Positions 33,806 to 42,402 of a DNA stretch of 42,402 nucleotides are shown piece after piece. Origin of the DNA: Caecitellus pseudoparvulus. Its lineage: Eukaryota; Protista; Bigyra: Bicosoecida. The stretch is from assembly GCA_965644315.1 (NCBI GenBank), contig CBFFRQ010000120.1:1-42402 (forward strand), given 5' to 3'. Both the position numbers and the translations under genes were made by a program. Below the pieces are notes generated by a model. It worked only from the letters and a program-made list of their open reading frames with translations, was not told the origin of the DNA and made no database searches. Within the stretch, counting starts at the first letter, position 1; each line of letters begins with the position of its first letter.

Positions 33806-36800
33806 ATGCCAGCCCTACCGCCGCCCTCATCGCCCAGTACGTACTGCGTCGCTGCCCGAGCCAATGCACGCGGCAACTCACACCTCGTCAACGCCTGCCC
33901 ACAGTCAACCGGCGCAGCAGCAGCCGCCGGCAGCGCGACTTCGCGCGCCGAGGCAGGGAGCGCGAGCGCGAGCGTGCTGCCAAGGAGGCGGAGAAGCTCA
34001 AGAGTTTGACACCTGAGCAGCGCGAGCTGTACCTGCAGCAGAAAGCCTTGCTGGAAGGCATGGGTGCGCGCAAGATGGACAAGTTGAAAGACGACATGGG
34101 CAAGACGATGTCCAGCCCTGGCGAGGCGGGGCGCAAGGCAGTCAGCCGGCTCATCGGGGCAGTCAAGGGCATGAAGGCCCTCCAGCGTGCCGCTAAGTCG
34201 GCGGCTGCCACGGCGGGGGCGGGGTCCCTCAAGCCCACCATGGCGGGAGAGGGTGTAGGCAAGGGCAAGCCCAAGCCTGGTCCGCCAACTTCCACGCCAC
34301 AGCAACCGGCTGCCAGTGGAGGGGGTGCAGCTGCGCCTCCCCCCACCGGCTCACGGCACAAGGTCTCGAAGCCAGGCCAGGCCCCGCCTCCATCCAGCCC
34401 AGCCGGCGGCAAGACTGCCCCATCAGGCCAGCCCCCGCCTCCATCCAGCCCAGCCGGCGGCAAGACTGCCCCATCAGGCCAGCCACCGCCTCCATCCAGC
34501 CCAGCCGGCGGCAAGACTGCCTCATCAGGCCAGCCCCCGCCTCCATCCAGCCCAGCCGGCGGCAAGACTGCCCCATCAGGCCAGCCACCGCCTCCATCCA
34601 GCCCAGCCGGCGGCAAGACTGCCCCATCAGGCCAGCCCCCGCCTCCATCCGGCCCGGCTCGTGGAAAGACAGCCCCACCAGGCCAGCCCCCACCCCCCAG
34701 CAGGAGACCCCCCCCTACAGGTTCACGTGTGAAGGATGGCAAGGCAGTGCCCCCCTCCACAGGGCAGACGACCCCCCCTCCAGGGGGGAAGAAAAGCAAG
34801 GGCCCCAAGGCCAAGGTGGTCACGTCAGCCAGTGGCGAGAAGCTGCTGCAGCTCGGCGATGGCCGGACAGTGCCGCTGGCTGCTGCCATGGCGGCGGCGG
34901 CGGCTGGGGGGCTGAGCTTGAAGGCTGCAGGTGGCAAGCAGGCGACAGAGGAGGGGTTGGAGGGGCAGGGCTCCCTGGTACAGCGCCTGGCGCGGTATGT
35001 TCAGGGACGCATGGAGGCGGCAGGGGGTGTGCAGGGGGGGGGCGAGGGCGTGGGTATGGCCACTGCTGCGTTGAAGGCGGGTGTGACTCCGAAGGTGTTG
35101 GAGGCGCTGCTTGCCGACGCGGAAGGCCGCAAGCGTGCTGCAGCGAGCGAGGGCAGGCGGCTTCCAGAGAGCACTCTGCCGGCAGGGACCTTGCCGGGTG
35201 TAGCTGACATGGGCAGTCCACTGGGCGCCGAGCAAGCTGCACGTGTCGTGGCAGCGCTAGAGGGGCGTGATGGCGAAGGGTATATCATGGGCGAGACTGT
35301 GCTGGAGGACGGCAGTCGTGTCGTGGCGGTGCGGAGTGAAGAAGGGCCAGTCGTACTGAAGATTGGTGTGGGGGGCACTGTCACGCCACTGGGCGGGCTG
35401 GTGCCGGGCAAGGGCGGTATGCCAGTGGTCACGCTGAATGCTGCCGCCTGTGCCGCAGCAGGCGTGCACGGCACTGTCACGCTGGCGGACGGCAGTGTGG
35501 CGCTGGATGCCGCCATGGCCCTGCTAGACAGCATGTTGCTGCCGCCGAGTCAAGAGCCAGAGGCCACGCAGGGGCAAGCTGCAGGGACAGACCCCACAGT
35601 GCAGGCGGATGAGGCCGTTGCTGACAAGCGGCGCACCCCCGTGCCTGCACTGCCAGCGTCCCTGCACCTGAGCGCCAAGGGGGTGGTGTCCAGGTCTGAA
35701 GCCCGGCCGGGGGGGCAAAGTGTCTCCTCGCTCGCGGACCTGTTTGGGTCAGCTGCCGCTCAGCAGGCTGCATGGGACACCGCGTTGGGCATTTTCATCA
35801 AGACTGGCAGCGGCAAGGCGGCTGGGGTGGCTGGCGTGGCAGCAGCTCGCAAGGCGGGGGCGACACCCCCCCCTGGAGCTGCTGCCGCCCTGCAAGCGGT
35901 GCTGGGCAGCCTGCCCCCGCCCCCTGAGCAGTGGAGCGCCGACTCCAAGCACAGGTACTATGCTCGCCTGCTGTCTGCTGCAGCACAGAAGGTGAGCGTG
36001 ACAGTGGATGGCGAGGATGGAGGGGCGGAGTCAACGCCAGCGGGGGGTAGACCAGAACAGACAGGCGACGTCGGAGCAGACCAACCTGCACCGAGTGACA
36101 CGGCCGTGCGCACGGTGAGAGCTGTGGATGCCAAGGCGGCCCTGGGGGGGGGCGACGCCAGTGGCGGAGGCAGCTTGGACATCGCCGCCGAAGTGCTGGC
36201 GACCACAGGAGATGCAGAGGCTGCTGTGGACGCGGCTCTTGCGACGTGGGAGCAGAGTCAGGATGGGAGTGTCACGCCCGCTGCCCGGGAGGCTGCCCGT
36301 GCTGCGCTGAAGGCCGCTGTGGAGGCGGCAGCTGTGGCTGGGACGGGGGATGCGGTCGACCCTGGCACCCTGCGCCGACAAATGGAGTCTGCGCTGGAAG
36401 GCGCTCGTGTGGAAGTGGGCGAGTGGGTGGAGCTGGGAGGCGACGAGGAGGGCGGAGTGCTGGTCGCAAGTGACGAAGAAGACTTCGAGGATGACCCGAA
36501 CAGCAAAGCCCTGTTGCCACCCGGCTGGAGAGACGCCGCGCCCCCTGCCTCCAAGACTGCGTCACACGCTGATCGCATCGTGAGCACCGTGCTGGAGCTG
36601 CTGGGGGGCGATCCGCGTGCAGGTGAGGCGGCAGCTGAGGCAGCGGCCATGGTGTGGGTGCAGACTGGATCGAAGCATGCAGCAGCTGCCGCTGGGATTG
36701 CTGCAGCCAGGGCAGCGCTGGGGGCGTCTGGCTCACCTGGACGGGTGCGTGGCGAGGCAGAGGCTGGTTTGCGGCGCCTGTTGGCTTCATTGCCGCCGCT

Positions 36801-39800
36801 CGCGGAAGGCACTGCTGAGGACGAGGCAGTGACGTTTTTCAAACGCCTGTTGGCAGGCAGCATTCCCCGCATCAAGGTGTCAGTGGGCGCCAAGCCTGAA
36901 GCATCTGCTGCGAAGGAGGGTGTGCGAGGCAAGCTGTACAAGGCGACGCCAGGGGCGGATGACGACGGGGAGAGTGACGCGCCAGCAGTGCGTCGCACAG
37001 AGCGGGGCACGGAGGTGGCCGTGGCACGGGAAGCCGCGCTGGCTGAGCTGTTTGGCAACGACGACAGCGCACTGCAAGCGGCGGCAGAAGTTGCCGCCAA
37101 GGTGCTGGCTGCGACAGGGTCGAAGGAGGCGGCTGCCGCGGCTGGTGTGGCAGCTGCGCGCCAGGCGCTGCGCAGTGCCAAGGGGGGTGGAAAGGCGGCG
37201 GGTGTGTCTGCTGCGGCGGAAGCTGAGCTGTTGAAGCTGCTACAGGGGGGTGACAGCAGTGGTGGGGACACACCTTCGATTGCATCGACGCTGCTGGAGG
37301 CTGCGAAGCAGCACAAGGTGGTCGTGCAGTCCACAGTGGCCATTGCCGATGTGGAGGTGCTGTCGGGTGAAGTGGGCGGCGATGCGCCTGCGCTGGGCAG
37401 TGACTCGGAAGAAGAAACGCCCATCACAGCGCGCCCAGCAAGGGACCCCGCTGTCACAGTGCAAACCACGCTGCACGAGCTGCTGGGAGGCCACGATGAA
37501 GTGACTCGCCTCGCAGTGGGTGCTGCGCTGGCCACGCTGCGTGCGACGGGCAGCACCGACCTTGCAGCAGCAGCAGCAGTGGGCGCAGCACAGGAGGCAC
37601 TGCAGGCAGCTGGGTATCCTAGCACCACTGTGCGGCGTGGCGCGTCGGCAGCCCTGGCCAAGCTACTGCAGTCCCTGCCAGAGTCCCCCGCCTCCATGAG
37701 TCAGCAGGCGCGTGAAGCGTTTCGCCTCGACATGCTGCAGGCTGCGGCAACTCACACGAGGCTGGGCTTGCCAGAGGCAGCTGCTGAGCAGGGCGCTGGT
37801 ATACTTGCTCGCGAGCACATGCGCCTGGCTGATGTGGACGACGGGGGTGTTCCTGTGCTGCTGCAGGCGGGAGGAGCCCTGTGTGACCATGACGCCTGCA
37901 CGGCGTGTGTGCCGGGTGTAACGCTGCACGTGGAACGGCACGTGCCGCTGCCGTCGTTGTTCGCAGAGAACCAGTCTGCCATGCAGGCCGCAGCGGAAGG
38001 CATGGCAGTTTCGTTGCCCCATTGCTGCTCGCGCGAGGGTGCCGTGGCAGCGGGCGTGCTCGCAGCGCGACAAGCCGCGGCCTCCAGTGGTGACGTGCTG
38101 TCTTCTCGCCTGGGCCGTGAACTGCTGCGTGTGTTGGACGGCGTCGTGGACAGCGCAGACGACCCAGGCGCCATGGAGACCGACGCGGCTTCCCTGCAAG
38201 ACGCGTTGCAACGAGCGATTCCGGCGCACAGTGTGCGAGTGCGACGGCGAGGGTATGTGCCGTGCAGCATCCCACATACAGCCCGTGCGGAGGGAGGCGA
38301 TGCGACTGAAGTGCAGCTGGATGCCGCCCCTGAAATCGCCGCGGGCAGTGTCCCAGGCTGTGCCATGCGTCAGTACACTGTGGCGCAGCTACTTGGGGGC
38401 GATGCCCACGCCGTGCAGGCTGCAGTGCAGCGAGCTGCGTCGTTGTTGTCCATCACAGGCAGTGTGGTCAGTACCGGTGCTGCGGTGGCCGCAGAGCGCT
38501 GTCGCTCCTCGCCTGAATTACAGCCGATTGAGGAGGCGCTGGGAGTGGCCGTGGCACGTGTGCTGGCGTACACCGCGCGCCCCGCGCCGCACTGCGCCAG
38601 GGAAGCCACAAACCGGTACCACCACTTTCTGGAGCAAGCTTTCACCATGTGCCAGGTGCAGCAGGTGTGTCCTGCCTGTGACTCACCTGGCGCTGTGCGA
38701 TTGAGTGAGCCCGCTGCCGAAGCGGAAGCAGCTGACACAGGCTTTATCAAAGTCGACATCCAGCGCACGACCACCCTCATGCGCCTGCTGGCATTCCGGG
38801 AAGGCTTACTCAGCACGATGCTGGACACTGCCTGCAAAGTGCTCGCGCACACGCGCAGTGCACTGCTGGCTGCTGCAGCGTGCTTGCCCCCTGCCCGGAG
38901 GCTAGAACGGCTGGAACAGCACCCGGAACGCCTGCCCCCCGCCACACAACTTGCAGTGCACCAGCTTCTGCGCCACATACTAAAGGAGCACGGGGACACG
39001 ATCGGGGACGAGCCGGAGACTGCGGAGCATGCGTGGTGGGTGGCAGCAGCTGCGGCGGCGGGCGAGCTGCCACTGCACATTCCCGACACGGCGCTCGTGC
39101 CGCGCCACGTCGGCGCAGTGCCCATGGACAACGCCTGCCCGCACGGCACATGCACCGTGTCTATGGCCAGTCTCTTTGCGGAGTCCCCCGAAGCCGCGGC
39201 GGCTGCACAGGCCATGGCGCAGCGTTTTCTTGCTGGCGACGAGCCCAGTGAAGCGGAGGCGGCGTCCCAGGCAGTGGCCTTGGCGAAACGCATTGCTGCA
39301 GAGCAAGCCTCTGAGGTTGGTGTCGCTGACACTGCTGAGTACGCCTTGGCACGGGTGCTGCAGGAGTTGCCACGCCCCCCGCCCGATTTGGCCGTGGGTG
39401 ATGCGCGTGCGTTTTTCTACGCACAGGTGCTGGCAGCAGCCTTTGCCCACACGCGAGTGACAGTGCCGGCATCTGCCGTGCAGGCAGCACAGGGCACATT
39501 GGTGGCGCCACCCCTTGGTGCGACACAGGTGCTTCCGGAAGGCCTCTTGCCGGATGGTGTGGTGTTCACGGCAAACGGCATTCTCGTGCATGCCGGGTCG
39601 AATGTGCCGCTGGACCCTGAGGCAGCCTTGTTTGTGTGGAATGAGGTCCTGTTCCGGGTGCGTGTGGGCGGCCAGTGTGGGGGTGTGGGAGGGGAGGTGT
39701 GGGCGCTGTTGACGCGTGGTGGCGATGCCAGCGCCGTGCCCAAGCCCCACACCCGCCCCAGCAAGGGCCTGTCTCGCCACGACCTCATGCCCCGGCACGG

Positions 39801-42402
39801 GAAGCAGGTGCTGGGCGACCTACAGGTGGGGGTGCAGTCAGACCTGCCCAGCATATTCACAGCTGCAGGGCTAGTGGACTCTGCCGGTGTTCGGGCGGCG
39901 CAGCGTGCAGCCGTGCTTGACGGCTCAGATACTACGCGGTTCGGCGTGTGGGAGACGGTGGAGGCCGCTGCACGGCACTTGGTGACCCACCACACCCTGG
40001 ACGATGCGTGGTTCGCAGCTCTGCGCAGCTCAGACGCCCACGGCGCCTTCACCACCGTGCCCGGGTCGCAGGACAATGCTCGCGCCCCAGATCCTGCCGG
40101 CCGCGGGGCAGGGGAGGTGTTCGGACCAGATGCCCTGCGCCGACGCCTGGCCACGGACGGGGTGGGCGAGGCAGACCTCGCGACAGCCATGCGCGGCATC
40201 AAGTGGGCCGCCTGGTTCGCCACTGCCCAGCTGGCTACCATGGTGCACAGCCACGACGAAGCCGCTCGGGCCCTGGCAGCGGGACACGTGCGCCACCTCG
40301 CGGCGCCTGCTCGGCACGTCGCGCAGCGACACAGCGACCCTGCCTCCCCCCGTCGCCTCCTGCACGTGCCAGTGGATGATTCCCGCATCACTCGTCCAGG
40401 GCGCAGAGCAGTGCCGAGCCCGGGCACCCACTCACACCGCCAGGGCTTGCTGCGCCACGCAGCTGGGAAGACAGCACAACCCACGATGTCACATCGTGCC
40501 CCGGCGCCGAGTGTGAAGGTGGCGTCATCCCCCGGCCCTCGCTCGCGGTGGGCGGGGGAAATGTCGCATGCGGAGTTGGCGGCGTGGGGGCCGGATGCCG
40601 AGGCCAAGCAGCTGGCAATGGGGAGGGGGGTTGTGACCCCCCTTCGGGTTCCCCCCCGTCCAAAGGGGGGGAGTGGTGGGGGTGGTGCCACCAAGGCGGC
40701 TGTTCGCCCCCTTGCTCTGCAACCCCGCGACCAGCGGCGTGATACAAGTGATCGGTGCGCCCTGCTGCCGCCAAGCGGCGGCTTCGCGCCCTCGCCACAA
40801 CTGCAGTGTCGGCAAAGTGCCGAGCAGAGCGCACCGCAGCCCTCACTTCGTGTGCAGGCGCGTGCCCCGGTGTTGGCTCGCGTGGAGCTGCCCGGCCATC
40901 CAGCCGTGCACGGCGCGTCGCAGGAGCTCGCTGCGACCCACAACACGCGACCCCTCATCCTGACCAGCCCGCGAGAAAGCACTCAAGCTGCACTGTGGGC
41001 TGACGACGACGTGGACGGTGGAGAGTTGGACGGCGAGATTGGCGCGACGCTGGACCCTCACACGCCGCCCCCTGCAGCGCAGCACTCGGCAGCGTCATCC
41101 CCCGCCTCGGTCGCAGCGTCACCGACGCGCACGCTGTCACGACTGTCCACATGCTCCGTGGTCTCAGCGCACAGCCCTGTCCCGGGGATGGCACCACCTG
41201 ACTCGCCCCTGCACGTCGTGCTGTTGGACAAGCTGCCACCTGGCAAGGGCGTGACCCCCACCAGCCCACCCCTGTCCGGCCAACCCCCAACCGTGCCCAG
41301 TCCAACGGACAAGGGCGGCGGCAAGCCCCCCCCCATGTTCCTGCCCGAACCCCCCTCCCTGCCCGCCATTGCCCGTGGGTACTCCCCCCACAACACCGTC
41401 ATCGCAGCGCCCCTCCGCACGCCCCGCACCATGCCTCCCGCCCCACCAGGCCATTCCACTGTGCCTGCTGGGGCCGTGTACCCAGGTCGAGGGGGGGGGC
41501 GCCGGCAGCTGCTGCCAGGCACTGCGCCCCCCAGCCCACTGCGCAGCGCAGCACTGCCCCGACGGGCAGTGGATGTGGCCCTGGCAGCGCTGACAGCTCG
41601 AGCTGAGGGTCTGGGGGCGGCAGGTTCGCGCCTGTCCGCAGCTCAGACAGCCCCGTCCGAGCCCACACCCCCCGCCCCCGGCGCGGTGAGGGCAGGCAGC
41701 TTGACGGTGCAGAGTCTGCCAGGCCGGGACATGCCGCTGCTGCGCTCAGGCACGCCTGCCTCAGCGGACACGGTGCGGGCTGTGGCCAGGCTTGACTCTG
41801 CGCTGGCCACAGCTGCCGCGGAACAGGCCACCGCACACCGTGCAACGCGCCAATCGGCCGAGAACCGTGCTGCAGTGCTGGAAGCCTCTACCCGGCGCCT
41901 GGCTCGGCAACACCCGGGCCCCGCCCCCCAACTGCAGCCAGGCTCTGAACGCACCACACCACCCGGACGCCAGACACAGCCCATGACGCTGCAAGAGGTG
42001 CTGGCTGCGGCGGCGGGGTCCCCCCCTCCTCCCCCCCCGCAGGATGTCGCGTCGGCTGCCCGTTTAGCCACGGCAAGTCCACCCCCCAAACCACCCTCGG
42101 CAGGGGGGGGTGCGCCGGCGTCACCCCCCCCCTCACCCCCGTCCTGGGCTGTGTCACAGCCTCCCCCCTCCTTCACTGGGGAGGCCCCCTCCCCCACGCT
42201 CCCAGTATCCCCCGTCGTACTGCGCAGGGAACTGACCCGTGGTGCAGCTGCCGACGCCGAACGCAGCGCTGCTGTGCGTGGTCGCCAGCGACGTGCCGAG
42301 GGGGGCGTGCTGGCGGGTGGCCGTGGAGCCTGGCGTCGACGAGTGTTGCAGGGCGCTGCGGCCTACGGCGACCGTGCACCTGGCTCGGCAGGTCGCGCAG
42401 GA
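33806..42402 (+). CDS. Giant uncharacterised repeat protein, >=2,843 aa, 3'-partial (runs off right edge). Exons 33806-33836, 33905->42402
   Basis: ATG 33806 plus intron 33837-33904 (GTACGT...CACAG) gives MPALPPPSSPI/NRRSSSRRQRDFARRGRERERERAAKEAEKLKSL... I found no stop in this frame where translated, and the ORF track (which needs a stop) lists nothing in it, consistent with an 8.5-kb open frame. Layout: charged N-terminus, 17-aa Pro repeats, nine ~143-aa Ala-rich domains, then a Pro/Ser/Arg-rich low-complexity tail. Confidence 0.8.
34381..34686 (+). repeat. Coding minisatellite: 6 x 51 nt (17 aa, PPPPSSPAGGKTAPSGQ)
   Basis: Units start at 34381, 34432, 34483, 34534, 34585 and 34636. They are near-identical at DNA level; unit 6 has diverged (PPPPSGPARGKTAPPGQ). 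Confidence 0.95.
35731..39465 (+). repeat. Nine degenerate protein-level tandem domain repeats (~129-159 aa period)
   Basis: Unit starts: 35731 LADLFG, 36130 AKAALG, 36589 VLELLG, 37039 LAELFG, 37471 LHELLG, 37948 LPSLFA, 38380 VAQLLG, 38776 LMRLLA, 39163 MASLFA. A TGS/TGD/TRS motif falls at unit residue 25-26 in seven units. Confidence 0.8.

Noticed and set aside
34381-34686. Repeat array as a possible CRISPR
   Set aside because: The units are head-to-tail with no unique spacers, lie in frame in a CDS, and there are no cas genes in this eukaryotic context.
33888-40982. Long minus-strand ORFs 33888..34937, 36258..37697, 38370..39332 and 39417..40982
   Set aside because: They are antisense shadows of the giant plus-strand ORF.
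40600-42200. G/C homopolymer runs as functional G-quadruplexes
   Set aside because: They are explained by Pro/Gly codons in a low-complexity coding region, with no independent support.

Overview
This window is GC-rich eukaryotic nuclear DNA, not prokaryotic. It is gene-dense, and its spliceosomal GT-AG introns are short (13 reconstructed, mostly 63-85 nt, donors mostly GTRCGY). The donor style and a POP-type organellar polymerase suggest a protist, possibly a stramenopile (inference). Nine protein-coding genes diverge from one strand switch at ~9.3-9.8 kb. Minus strand: a >1,700-aa multi-pass PAS-domain protein of TmcB/TmcC type that runs off the left edge and is mostly missed by the ORF track, a cysteine synthase-family enzyme, and ALKBH8/TRM9. 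Plus strand: a saccharopine dehydrogenase-like oxidoreductase, an oversized ~5,140-aa DNA-PKcs, an ABCB6/ATM1-type half-transporter, an organellar Pol I-like (POP) polymerase, a His-rich membrane protein, and a >2,840-aa orphan protein that runs off the right edge and is also missed by the ORF track. The most novel-looking signal is in that last protein: nine cryptic, register-conserved ~143-aa repeats of an unrecognised helical domain, preceded by a 17-aa Pro-rich minisatellite. Other oddities are a perfect 26-bp palindrome with an exact bacterial parS core inside the cysteine synthase intron, and a DNA-PKcs with a degenerate FATC tail, an expanded PRD and apparently lost autophosphorylation TQ sites. 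No RNA genes, CRISPR arrays or mobile elements were seen.
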